Assembly: GCA_963575745.1 (NCBI GenBank)
Contig: CAUYUJ010000325.1
Location: 558,001 to 622,000, forward strand
DNA length: 64,000 nt
Source: Prorocentrum cordatum
Taxonomy: Eukaryota
Direction: 5' to 3'
Numbering within the stretch: the first letter of the stretch is position 1; every line of letters starts with the position of its first letter. Both the position numbers and the translations under genes were made by a program. Below, one piece after another: positions 35,765-48,593 of this stretch. The notes under the pieces were generated by a model that ran no database searches, was not told where the DNA came from, and was given only the letters and a program-made list of their open reading frames with translations.

Positions 35765-36121
35765 GTGCGTGTGTGCGTGTGCGCGTGTGATTGAGTGCGT
35801 GAGTGCGTGTGTGCGTGTGTGCGTGTGTGCGCGTGTGCTTGTGTGCGCGCGTGCGTGTGTGCGTGTGTGCGCGTGTGCGTGTGTGCGTGCGTGCGCGTGT
35901 GCGCGTGTGCGCGTGCGCGTGCGTGCGCGCGTGCGTGTGTGCGTGTGTGCGTGTGTGCGCGTGCGCGTGCGTGCGTGTGCGTGCGTGCGCGCGTGTGTGC
36001 GCGTGCGCGCGTGTGCGTGTGTGCGCGTGTGCGTGCGTGCGCGTGTGCGTGTGTGCGTGTGTGCGTATGTGCGTGTGTGCGTGGGTGCGTGAGTGCGTGC
36101 GTGCGCGCGTGCGCGCGCGTG

Positions 36122-36154
<33 letters not shown>

Positions 36155-37170
36155 GTGTGCGTGTGTGCGTGTGTGCGTGTGTGCGCGTGTGCGCGTGTGC
36201 GTGTGTGCGTGCGTGCGTGTGTGCGCGCGTGCGTGCGTGCGTGTGTGCGTGTGCGCGTGCGTGCGTGCGTGCGCGTGTGCGTGTGTGCGTGCGTGCGTGC
36301 GTGCTGCGTGAGTCCGTGTGTGCGTGTGTGCGTGCGTGCGGGTGCGCGGGTGCGCGGGTGTGCGGGTGCGCGTGTGTGTGGGTGCGCGCGCGCGTGCGCG
36401 CGGGCGCGCGGGCGCGCGGGTGGGCGGGCGCGCGCGTGCGCGGGTGCGCGGGCGCACGGGTGCGCGGGTGTGCGGGTGCACGGGCGCGCGCGCGTGCGTG
36501 TGTGCGCGTGTGCGCGTGTGCGTGTGTGCGCGCGTGCGTGTGTGCGCGTGTGAGTGTGCGCGTGTGTGCGCGTGTGGCTGTGCGCGTGTGCGCGCGCGCC
36601 GTTGCGCGCGAGTGCGCGAGTGCGCGTGTGCGCACGTGTGAGCGCGTGCGCGCGTGCGCGAGTGCGCGCGTGCGCGTGTGCGCGCGCGCGTGCGCGCGTG
36701 CGCGTGTGCGCGCGCCGCTGCGAGCGCGTGCGCGTGTGTGCGTGCGCGCGCACGTGCACGCGTGCGCGCGTGCGCGCGTGCGCGGCGCGCGTGGGTGGCG
36801 GGCGTGGGCCGTGTGCGCGTGTGCGCGTGGAGGCGCGCGCGTGCGCGCGCGCGCGCATGTGCGCGCGCGCGCGTGTGCGCGCGCGCGTGTGCGCGCGCGC
36901 CGTGCGCGCGCCTGCGCGCGACCGCGTGCCCGCGCGTGCGCGCGTGTCGCGCGTGCGCGCGCGCGCGTGCGCGCGCGTGCGCGTGCGCGCGCGCGCGCGC
37001 GCGGGGCGCGCGGGGGCGCGCGGGGGCGCGCGAAGGCGCGCGAAGGCGCGCGGGCCGCGCGGGGGCGCGCAGGGGCGCGCGGGCGCGCACGGGGCGCGCG
37101 AGCGCGCGGGCGCGCGGGCGCGCGGGCGCGCGGGCGCGCGGGCGCGCGGGCGCACGGGCGCGCGGGCGCA
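35765..37170 (+). repeat. GT/GC compound microsatellite grading into (GC)-rich repeats
   Basis: Seen directly. Confidence 0.95.
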
Positions 37171-39419
37171 CGACGGCCCAAGAGACCCCCAAAAGAAACC
37201 CGAACCGGCCCCAGGGGCTCCCAAGACGGCCCAAGAAAACCAACAGAAGCCCAAGAAGTGGAATCCCAAGAGGCCCCCAAGAGGCACCAAAAGGCACCCA
37301 AATGAATGGACACACGCTCCAAGAGGCCGCTGAGAAGCATGCGAAAAGACTCCAAAATGCCGCCAAAAGGCGCCCCGGACGCCCCCTCCACACACCACAG
37401 GCATCCACGAAGCCCCCGTCCCACAACCCAAAGGCGGCGGCGGAAATGCCCTCAAACATCCTGAACTGTCACACGTTTTTTCCACCATGTTCGCCGCTTG
37501 TCTCTTCGGGCTTCAGACCCCGCGCCACGGCCCAAAAGATCGCGCTAGCTCGAACCAGACCGTCGCGCCGCGCCGCCCCCCTCCTCGCATTCACTCTGCG
37601 CGTTTTCCCCCTCGTCGCGCCCTTCCCCCTTGGCGCCCCCCATCCGCGTATTCTCTGTTGCCGCCTCCTGCGCGTGCTCCTCGCCATCCTCGCTTCCTGC
37701 TCCGCCGCCCCCCCCATCCTCCTCCACCTCGCCCTCTTCCCATATTCGCTAGCAAATCCAAACGTTGTCGATGCTTTTGGACACTGTCCGAGAGGCCCGC
37801 AAACCCGCGACCTCCGCGCGCCCGCGAGAGTACCCACACGAAGTGCAGAAACACACTGGCCCACAGTCCTTCCCACGCGCTGCCTCAGCTTCACGCCGCC
37901 ACCCTGCATCGCGCCCACTTGCATTTCATGGGGTGCGACACCTGGTGCGCTTCAACTTTCCTTGCCGAGCGACAAAAGCGGAACTGCTGCCGCATTCAGG
38001 AGAAGCGCCCCGAGGCAGCCCCTGGCCACGCGGGCCCGAGCTCACAAGCGCCCCCCAAGACCTCGCCGTGAACACGTCCTCTACGCGGTGCTCCCACACT
38101 GCCCTGCCCACTGGGAACGCGCTAGCGCGCCCAGCAACATGCGCCCGCCAGGTTTTTGGAACACCACGGGGGGAAGCTCCAAATTTGCACCGGGCGCGAA
38201 TCCGGACGCCAAGTTGCGACCCCGCATCTGGAATGACAAAGCGTAGACGGCGGCGCTGGGAATGAAAAGCGCAACGAAAAGGGAAGGAAGGAAGCGTTGG
38301 GACTGCAAAAAAATATCGGGACACCGGGACAACTCCTAGACCTAGACGGATATTCGCAATAGGGGGGAGGAGGGGGCGAGCTCGAGGATGAAAAGGGAAA
38401 AGGAGCGAGCGAGGGAGGAGGAGGAGGCATGAGTTCTCCTCTTGCTTCCCCCCGCATCCTGGAATTCCTTCTCCTTCTCCATGCCCCCCTCCTTCCTCCT
38501 CCTCTCTTCCTCCTTCTCATCTCTCATCCCCCCCCTCTTCCTCGCGGTTCCCACTCACCTCAGTGAGTCTCGCCTGCTTCTCCACCTCATCCTGTCCTCT
38601 CCTCCTCCTCCCCCCCCCCCCCATCCTCCCCCCCCCCCCCCTCCTCCCCCTCCTCTGGCTCTGACTCTTCCACTCCTCCACCTTGCCTCCTCCCGCCTGG
38701 GCGGCTGGCGCGGCGGCCGCGCCGCCTCGCGGTCGCCGAGGAGCCCGAGGAGCCCGGCCCAGCCAGCGGGGGGGGGCGCGACGCGACGACGACGACGCTG
38801 ACGATGATGATGGTGAAGAGGATGATGGAGATGATGATGATGATGACGATGATGGTGACGACGACGATGATGGCGATTTGTTTGGTTGTATTCCCGCGCC
38901 CTTAAGCGCCCGTTTCCCCCCTGTCTCCATAGGGGAAAACGGGCGCTTGAGGGCGCGGGACTGGTGATGGTGATGATGATGGTGATGATGACGATGATGA
39001 CGATGGCGATTCTCACTCTCACATCTGCGCCCCAACATCGCATAACATGTTTGCGGCCGAATACCACGCAGAGGCGAGATGTGCACAGCGACCGCAGCTG
39101 CGACAAGAAGCCCCGCTAGCTCGCAAACACATTCACAGCTCGCACGTTCGAGCCCGTCACGCGCGGCGGGAGGGGCCGGCAGCGTCACAAAAGCAACATC
39201 AACTAATTTATGAGCGGGGTACAATGCCATAAAAATGGCGACAATCAAACTTCGAAACGCAAGGCAATCGAGCCTGCTGGGCAAAATGCACTAGGACCGA
39301 TTCGGGGCGTTATCCTCTCTTCCTCCTCCCCTTCTCCCTCCTCTCCCGCTCACTCTCCAGTGCTCATCATACTTATCCCCCTCCTCTGCGGCGCCGTCGC
39401 TACGGCTGTCAGCTGCCGG

Positions 39420-42400
39420 CCCATTTGAGGACGTGCTTGGCGGTGGCATCATCCTTGCCCTTTTTGGCAGCAGCCTGAAACGATTCCCCCCTGAACTCCG
39501 CGCGCGTCAACTCGACCATCTGAGCTGCGGGGCCCCCGGGGCCGTCATCTTTCGGGTCGGCAGCGCCAGCGGCGCCCAAGGATGCCAGGAAAGCTGGGTG
39601 TGGGATCAAAACTGCGATGGAGGTCTTGACCGATCCAATAGACATGTAGTTGGTCGTCGTCGTCAGCACCGGCACAGGGGGCGCCTTCTCTTCATCGGAC
39701 GAATCTGGCTGCTCCAACGCCTTCACGTTCAAACCCGGGACGAACAGCGGAGAACCTTGGACTGTCATTCCTGGCGAAGAGAAGATTGAAAATATATACA
39801 ATCCTCTCCTCCCCCCCCCCCCCACCCCCCTCGCATTTCCTCCGCCCCCCCCCCCCCCCACACACTCCTCCTCAGTCCTCCTCATCCTGCCGCCCCTCCC
39901 CCCCTCCTCCTCCTCCTCCTCAGCTCCCCCCCATCATGTTGTCCTCCTCCTCCCCGGGAGCCTGCCCCTCTCCATGCTTCTCTTTATCCTCCTGCCCTCC
40001 GCCCCCCCACCCCGCCCCCGGAGACGCGGGCCGACCGACCTGGGCCCCAGGGCCCCCAGCGTCGGGATCCATGCCCAGGACCCGGGGACCCCAAGAGGAG
40101 CCCAGAGCCCACCCAAAGTTCCCAGAAAGAGGCTCACTGGATGGCTGCCGCCATGAAGGGGAGGGGGGAAAAAATGAAAGGGAGGAGGAAAAGGAGGAGG
40201 AGGAGGAGGGCGAGGAGGAGGCGGAGGAGGAAGAGAGGAGGAGGAGATGGGGGGGGGGAGGCCTGAGGAGAGGACGTGGCGTGGCGGCGTGCGTCCTGCA
40301 ATCGGCGACACCGCGATGAAATTCTTAGCGTCGCGCATGCCGCAGCCCAATAGGTTGACCACCCGGCAGCCCGATGTAGCGGAAACGCTGGTCACGCAGA
40401 TCTCACCAACAAGGTGCAACTGCAGCTGCGTGAACTTTGGATCACGGACGTTGACGAACATGCACCAATATCGGAGGCTCGGAGGCTTATGGACCAAGGT
40501 ATCCGCACCGACGCCCTCGAAATCTGCGCCCCGCGCAGCGGTCACAAGCTTCGACGCCTCCAGAGCGAACGAGTAGGCCGCCCGCTGCTGCTGGCTGAGT
40601 AGACGCCGACATGACAGGGCCCCAGGAAGAATTTGCCATCGAGGACAGCGCAGCGTCGATGTCGCAGTGATCATCCTGCTGAGTCGGCTGGGCCACCGCT
40701 GCTGGTGTCAGAAGCGCCTTGGCATGAGCGTCAGCCTTATCAGCGATCTGCACCTTCAGCGCAGTCTTGATGTCGACCAGCTCGTCGCGGCAATCGGCGA
40801 TGGTGTAGCCGTTGTCATTGGCGAACTTCAGGGCGATGTCTTTGCGCTCCATCTGCTCGATATCTTCGACTTCCTTCTCTGCTTGAGCCGCGACCTTCAT
40901 CATGTCCTGCGCCCCGGTGCACAGCGCCACCCAGAACCTGATCCACGCCGCGCGGCCCTTGCACTTGGCATCGCAAGCCGCAACCTCTGGTAAGAATTTC
41001 TCGACGTACGAGCGGGGCGCATCGATGGTCGCAGTGGCACACCTGATGCGATCGTTCATGTCATCGTCATCTGTTGTTTTGTCCTTGATGGCGGCGACTG
41101 TTTCTTCCATCACAATAACCATGTATTGGCACCGAAGGGACATGAAACGCTCGAGATTACCATCGCCACTACCACCCCACATCATCTTCAAGAAGCCCGC
41201 AACGTCTCGGTTCATCTGCACTTCCGCCGCGTACTGCTCTTCCGCCGCCTTGTAGCACAGGCGAGCCACCGCCATGAAATTCATCTCGAACGCGGTCTCC
41301 ATGGTCTTGATGTCGATTGTCTCCACGATGCAAGTGATCGGATGCGCGGTGCAAAGCATAGCTTGCAAGTTCGCGCCGTACTACTTCCACAGTCTCCCGA
41401 TGGCCGTGGAAAGGCCAGCATGGGTCCGCCTCATTGCATCCATGGAGATATCTTCACTAACATATTCGGCAAAAGGCCTGCATACGAACCTTCAGCTTCT
41501 TGTCGAAATCCAAGTAGGCGCAGATAGCTACGACAGGGCTGTCAGCATCTCGCACTAGTGGACCAGAGGCCGATGCAGACCCGACTGGAACCATGGCCAG
41601 GGGAGGGATCGAATCCGACCCCGCCTGACTCTGGCTGTCGTTGTGGTCGCCGCTGCCCTCGGGAGCATCAACGCAGTCCGGGTCATCGGCCACGTGGGCA
41701 GAGTCATCCAAGGCATGAGCAGCAATGAGCTTCTTTTTGATCCATTTCCGCAGGCCCGACCATGATTGCATGCTCATTGTAGATGGGTCGCTGGCGTCCA
41801 GGACCGCGGTGGGCGAAGGGGCTATTCGGCTTTTTCGGGATGACAACTTTGCCAGTAATGCCGAAGACCATCGCGATGCACTGCAAGCACCAGATGGCAT
41901 CATGATCGAAAGACGTCTTGGGAACACCTTGGAGAGTGTAGGCGATGGCGTTGTGGACGTCGTTGATGAAAAGCGTTGTTGCGGTCATGCTCTCAGGCTT
42001 TGCCTTCGCCGACGCCTTCGCCTTCGCCTTGCTCTTGCCGCGGCCGCGGCCGCCGGGCTCCACTGCCTGTGCAACCTTCGAAAGCTGGAACACTTCTGGC
42101 TCTCTCATAAGCTGCAGAAAATTGAACAGCTCTGACATGCTCGTTCTGGTCTTGAATACCTATGGCACGAAATCGTTGGTCAGAAAGACCATGGATAAAC
42201 TAATATTCAGGCAGGGCGTCATCCCTGCGACAAAGAACTTCTCCATCTTCTTGCAGATCTGATCGTTTGCGCACGCCGCGAAACCATGGTTCAATTCCTT
42301 GTTGCTGAACTGGCAGCGCGCGTTCGCGCGCTCCTCGTACTGCCGGTGCAACCCGCCGAGACTTGTCGCAGACAATCTGCGGACGACGGGCTTGCACTCG

Positions 42401-43400
42401 CAGAACTGGTTGAAGGACGAAAACTGGTCCCTGAAGTGTGCGCCCAGAAACTCGGTGCACCTCCTCTCGTAGCTGGCATCCCCGACACCGTCTCCATCCG
42501 AGTCGTCTATCTTAGCAGCGGCGGCATCTTCACCAACCTCATCGTCGAACTTCTTCTTCTTCTTCTTGCAGTATGCCTTTCACTTCTGCTCGACTGGGAT
42601 AATCATGTGGTAGCGCTCCAGGTAGCTCATCTCCGAACCGATGTTGCTCCATTTATTGTCCCCCTCCCTCAGCGCCCTCAAGATGTCGTCTGGGCTGCGC
42701 TTGTCCACCACGACGATGTTCTTCACGCCGCAACGGATCGTCTCTTGCACCATGGGGTTCGTCGGATCCCCCTCGCATGCATCATAGACCGCCTCCATCC
42801 GCGCGGCAAAACACATGAGCATGAACTTCCTGTCAGACCCACCTCGTCGGGACCGCGATCACATCGCCGTTGATGCCTTGACTCAGGCCCTCTCTGAGCA
42901 AGGATTCCTTATACATCCTCCTGGCATCAGCTTCGGCGCGGTCATTCTTGGGGTGGCGGGAGAACATCTTCGACTCATCCTCTGCAAACCACGACGACCA
43001 GAGCCCTTCCCCCAAGTAGCATGCGTGACGAATCTTGCGTTGAAGCATGACGCCGCGCAGACCTGGGAACCTTTCGTGGATGGAGATCCGCCCGCCGCCC
43101 GTTTCGCCACAATATCCATGTACTATTACCGCGCGCGCATTGCAGCGCATAGCATCATAGCGTAGCACGCCGCAAAGCATATCGCGGATATCTTCCTAGG
43201 GCCAGTCCAAGGCGCGGCGGAGTACGCCGGAATGCCTGCGGATGACATCGTTGACCCAAGGAGATTCAGGCACGCCCTCCGCTTCCAACATTGCCATGGC
43301 TTTCGACTCATCCGCACGCTGAGCACGCTGCCGCTTTGGGGCCACCGGCATGGTTGCAGCGGCTGTGGTACGTCGTAGAGTCGGAGTCGTAGAGTCAGAG
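39420..43400 (-). pseudogene. Long frameshifted gene with a possible ParB/Srx-like N-terminal region
   Basis: Chain of protein-like ORF fragments (43180-42833, 42822-42580, 42375-42160, 42138-41704, 41368-40487, 40674-40296, 39770-39420), with a GA-AG intron 40295-39771 restoring frame. The ParB-like resemblance is by recall only. Confidence 0.6.
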
Positions 43401-43882
43401 GCGCCCTCGGTGCACCTTGCATCACTGCAAGAACGCAACTGCGCCAAATGCGCCGCGGGGGCGGGCGGGCGAAGTAGGGCCTGGAGCGGAGGAGGGGGGG
43501 GGAACGCTGACTGGAGGAGGAGCCAAAGGATTTGCGTGAATCCCTCCAGCAAGAGGACCTGAGGACCCCGGGACAACTCATTCTCGTCGAGCCCCCTCGG
43601 CGCCTTGCAGTTGGGGATTCAGCGCGCCGCCCTAGGGCCACAAGGGGCCCTCCTTCATCCTTCCCCTTCATATCCACAACCAACAGAAGCTCCGAAGGTC
43701 CGAAAGTTGGGTCGCAGAGCCTTGGAATCCAGAGGCGCCCAGGGAATCCTGGGGATGTCCAAGGGTCCTCTAGCATTTGTATCCTCGAACTAAGACAAAG
43801 AGGTGCTGACGCAGGGCGGAGCTCCAAGAGTTTCACTCCTTGGTTTGCTTGCCTTGCTTTATCATTCGGCGAATATGTTACT

Positions 43883-43921
<39 letters not shown>

Positions 43922-44463
43922 TCGACTCACCCTCATTCTTATTATGCATGGTCTTGGGTGTTGCAATGTTGTGATGTTTGTAGATAGATGTCGATGATCA
44001 TGATTCATTGCGGCAATCTCGCCCTCATTCGCTCATCTCAACCGTGCGCTGCTGGTTGATGGCGGCGCCTCTGACGCCACAACGAAACCACATGTTGCAT
44101 TAAACGAGGGCACGTGGCGCTGTCACATCCGAGCCTCGTCGCTTCTGACCGCCTGCTCACAGTCGCCTGCAAAATGCAGGCTGCCGAATTAAAGAGGGCG
44201 CCGATGAGATGAGCCGAGTTGTTGATAGACCGCGCGGCGACGATGCACGTACACTCCCAGGCTCCGAAGGGCCGAGTGAGACAGCGGCAGGCGCGGCAGC
44301 TTAGAGATGGAAACATATGGGGCATCGGAACTCTGCGTGATGCTTGGAGGACCTGATGGAGGAATGGGAGATAACTTTGGTGTAATACCAAGCGATGCAC
44401 AGCACCTGCACTGGCGACATCGCGCGCGTGCAGAACTTATATCAAAATTTGCCAGGCGCCACG

Positions 44464-46835
44464 TCACATGTTAAAGGCAGCTGCGAAACGGCCCCGCTGA
44501 CTCTTGCGCTGCAGCCCGGAGGAGGAAGCCCCGGGATGGCCCGCATCATCATCGGCGTTCCTTTTCTTGACGGTGGTGGTGACGGTCACCGTCGTGACCT
44601 GCATGCCGCCCTTGTCCTCTGAGCTGACGCCCACCGTCTGGAAGGCGCTCTGGGCCGGGGATGCGGATGCGGATGCCGCCATGGCGCTCGGGCTTCCCAG
44701 GCTGCTCGGCGCGCGCGGCGAGGGGGGCCCCGTCTGCTGCTGGCCGGGAGGCGTCGGAGCCGCAGCGGAGGAGGGTGTGCTCTTCGACCTAGCCGCCTTG
44801 CAAGCCCAACCCGCAGCTGCGGCAGGCTCACGCTCACCCTCACCATCCCCATGAGCCGCATGAGCCTCTTCATCATCATGATCATCCTCAAGACTCGGTG
44901 CCTCTGGGGCCTCTGGGATATCGCCCACCACCTCCTCAGGAACCGCAGGCTCCTCGGCCCCAGCGGCAGCGTTGGCGGCCTCGCCGCCCTCGCTGGGGAC
45001 TGGGGGCGACGCGGGCGCTGCGGGGGCGCGGCCCAGGTCCGGGAAGGCGAACGCGATCGCTCCATAAACAGCCCCCGCCACGTTAACGTGAAACGCGCTC
45101 CCCACCTGGTTGAGCTGAGAACGCCTTGTCCTGAGGGTGGGGGCCAAAAAAACTCATCGCGCCCCGCCCCCCCCCCATCCCTCCCTCTGACCCCCCTGGC
45201 CTTCCTCCCCCCCCCCATCTTCCTTATCCCCATCCGCCCCATGGGCCCCATGGGCCCATGGGCTTCATGGAGAGCGACGTGGTTTACCCAGGGCCCCAGG
45301 GCACCTTTGAAGCGGAATGCCAGTCACGCCGCGCGAAAACTGGCAAACCGTGCCGCCGCGTTGTTGAGCATCTGTTGTAATTGGATAGCACATTGCTGCG
45401 AAGAGCTCCGCGGGCGTGACGATCCTCTTCAACGCGGGGTCGACAATGATGCCAGGATTTGAAAGGATGGCGCGCAAATCACTTCCGAGGCTGCGGACGG
45501 CACGAGACCACGGGTTCTGCATGACGTCGTAGCAGCAGCCATCCTCGAAGTGCTCCTCGCAGTACTCCGCGCGCCTCAGTTCGTTCGGCCCCAGCGCATC
45601 GCGAGGAGGCAATGTGATCGGCAGCTTGCAGACGAAATTGTCGCGATCGACGTTCTTGACACTCGCGCGGTTCAGGGCCCACTGCTGCGTCGCTTCCTGC
45701 TCTTCCAGGTCGGCGACCGCGAAGATGCGCCAGCAGAGATCGTCGCCAACCTGACTGAAGAATATATTCTCCATCAGCGCCCTGAATTGGATGACATCAT
45801 CGTCGGGCCTGCGCATGCCAGGGGACCGCGGGATGTCGAGGCAGTCCAAGATGGGAAGGATCCATTCTTTCAGAAACAACACGCGCATCGCCCCTTTGCG
45901 AAGGCAAGGCCACCCCATCTGACTCGGGCACGCGCAGAACGATGTAGAGGTCACCGAGATGGTTGTCCAATTCAGCCGCCGGGAAGGTCCAAACGTTCTC
46001 GTGAACGACTAATGGTTCTTGAATCCTGCGCCTTATTGAACACCACAGAGAAATTATTGGCGCGCTTGCCCCTCGTGTGAGCCTGATTGCCGAATATCGA
46101 GAAGTCTTTGCATACCGACCCAGCCGCGTGGACCATGGCCCTCCGAGCGGTGCACCGGCGGCCATGAACAACGAAACCGTCGTCCTTTGCTCTCGACCTC
46201 GGGATATGATTCCGCAAGAACTCCGCCGATTTTCCAACGCCACCGGTCCAACCGACATCGCCCTCGTGGACTGTTGCAGCGAAATCCAACGTCTGCGAAG
46301 ATGCACGACCCACCTAGAGGTGCTGGATGTAACCTGCGCAGGCAGAGCAACTCTCTCTGGCGCTTCGTGTCCCACTCAAGCGACCACAAATGCGCGAATG
46401 TCACGCCAGGAGTGCCAGCGGGCACCCCCTTCAGGGTGTTCACCGCGCAGCAGCGCTCTCGATTTGTTTAGCTGCGATGATGTCGGCCCCGACGCCGCTG
46501 AAGCTGCTGCTCATGGTGATCTCCCTGTTGGTCAGCGTCCTCATGAGCGATTCGGTTGTCATCGAGTGAGACTCCTGCATTCGACGCAGGGCCTTGGAGG
46601 CCCAACTGTTCAGGTCGCCCATGTTGTTAGCGGGCTCAAACGGCATGTCGTCGAGAGCTGACAAGAGGATGTCTGGATTGATCCGGCACGCGCGCCGCGC
46701 GGCAGCAAGCCTACTCAACATATATTGGCTCCAGCGGCCCGGATGCGCCGATGGTGATGCAACGATCATGCCTGGCCACAATGTACAAAGCCTAAACGGC
46801 AACGGAACCTCCCCTGCCAAAACGTTGGACCTCAC
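44464..46835 (-). pseudogene. C5-cytosine DNA methyltransferase pseudogene
   Basis: Motifs in canonical order: I SSSFSGVG (46502-46488), II LEWD, III IFADV, IV HAAGSVCKDFS (Cys 46112-46110), VI HENV (46000-45992), VIII GWPCLRK (~45910), IX RIVTPAELFAAMCYP (~45400), X QVGSAFHV (~45095). At least 4 frameshifts. GT-AG intron 45304-45131. Confidence 0.85.
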
Positions 46836-47136
46836 GTCTCATCGATTCCATCATTGGCGCGTTCGGTCTCTCAGCGCCCGCCGGGATATATCGCGGCGAC
46901 GCGGCCGCTTCACAGGCAGCCCATGTAGGCCAATGCGGGGGCACGACAAAGAAATATGAGGGAAGAGACGCAACGGAAGTGACCGCAGCGAGCAGCACCA
47001 CGAGCAGAATAATGAGCACGAGAAGGGCGAATGTGGAATCATCGCATTCAGAGCAAATGTTTTTGTTGGTTTTTAGTGTTTGAATCGATGTTTTCAGGGT
47101 TACTCACGGTCTCGACGGAGAGGCACATAAGGGGCT

Positions 47137-47333
47137 AAAATGGAACAGTTCCAGTTTCAAACTCATTTTTTGGAACGGGGGGGGGTGTTCCAAATTACGG
47201 GGTTGATTCTCGGGCCGTTTTTGGAACAGTAAGTGGGAGTTCCAAATTTCCGGCCCGGGAATTAACCCCAAAATTTGGAATACCCCCCCCCTGTTCCAAA
47301 AAATGCGTTTGAATCTGGAACTGCTCCAGTTTT
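47137..47333. mobile_element. Foldback MITE with ~80-bp arms
   Basis: AAAATGGAACAGTTCCAG...CTCGGGCCG (47137-47217) is the imperfect reverse complement of 47251-47333. Confidence 0.85.
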
Positions 47334-47981
47334 GCCTGTTTGGGAGGCACCATTCTGAATCGCAAATGCTGCTAAAAATCGCGTGTCAGCGAGGCGCATG
47401 CGCATGGCAACTGGCTGGTTCCGAGCTGAGGTTGCGCGTGGATCTCGCCCTAGATGCTGCTGTCGACAAGCCAGCACAATGAGATGAAGACGCATAGCGT
47501 GGCATAGTTTACACCCTCCTCGCATCCGGATCATCAGCAGATCCGCCCTCTTCAAACCACTCAACGAATAGGGGGAGCAGATTCGAACCCCAGCAATATG
47601 AGACGACCGCGACCGAAAAGTGAGCTGCCCCTTCTCCTGTCGAGGTGAGTTGCTTCCTTCGGGCCCGATTCCTCAGCGTTGCTGCGGACGCTGTTTCGCC
47701 CGCGCTGGAATCAGCAATCGCCGGTGTTCTAGGATCACCCCGCTTGCGCGATACCTACCTCGTCATCCCCGTGACGCCTCTCCTCGCCATCATTCCCTCC
47801 CTTGCCGCCCCCGCCCCCCCTCGAACAAGGCGCGGATCGGCTGGGTTCACGTCGCGGCGGGTCTGCCCAGGCACCGCCCCGGCAGCGGCCCCGAAAAACA
47901 ACGCGAAGACGAAGACTTGGGGACAGCGAGGAGGGGGGGGGGGGGGGGGCGAGGACGGGGGGCGCGAGAGAGAGTGAGAGC

Positions 47982-48023
<42 letters not shown>

Positions 48024-48413
48024 TACAGAAGAAGCAGAGATAATAAAAGAGCGAAAGAGAGTGAGAGGCGACAGCGAGGGCGGTGGAAGGGGGCAAAGGA
48101 AGGACCAGAGACAAAGATAACGGTGAACGGGCATTCGAGGAGGAGATAGGAGGGGGAGAAGCGGCTGAGAGAGCAGCAGAGATACAGGTGCCCTGAATTG
48201 CTTAAGCCACGAATAGAAAACGGACTGTTGCGGCGGGTCGCCAATGCCGCCAGTCGCAGACCCCAGGGACCAGATCCCCCCCAGGCCCACCGAGATCTAT
48301 AGGCAAACAGTTGGCCATAGTGGGCCCAAGCGAGTCAGGTGTTTCCAAGGGCCAATTGGACTCAGTTGGACCAATGCATCTTTGTTAGCGGGCTTTCTTA
48401 GCGCGCGTGTAGA

Positions 48414-48575
48414 TAGGGCCGCGAACAGCCCAAAATCGAGCGCCAAACTTTTTAAAAATATCGACGCCTGTTTTTGGCATAGAATCCCCACCCTGGGCCG
48501 CGAACAGCCCATAATCGAGCGTCGACATGTTTAAAAAAATATTGACGCCTGTTTTTGGCCTGGAATCCCCCCCTC
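48414..48575 (+). repeat. Tandem duplication of a ~78-bp unit
   Basis: GGGCCGCGAACAGCCC...GACGCCTGTTTTTGGC...GAATCCCC occurs twice. Confidence 0.85.
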
Positions 48576-48593
48576 GCCCTCACTTGACACATA

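Noticed and set aside
35458..38246. N-terminal half of the 1257-aa ORF and overlapping long ORFs
   Set aside because: Read-through of a microsatellite and the N-gap. Only 35664-33806 is protein-like.
47565..47640. tRNA-like GGTTCGAATC (T-loop/B-box) on the minus strand
   Set aside because: No convincing acceptor, D or anticodon stems could be folded. At most a SINE or tRNA remnant.
48414..48432. TAGGGCCGCGAACAGCCC as a hAT terminus for the transposase gene
   Set aside because: No inverted partner was found upstream of the transposase, and it belongs to a local tandem duplication.
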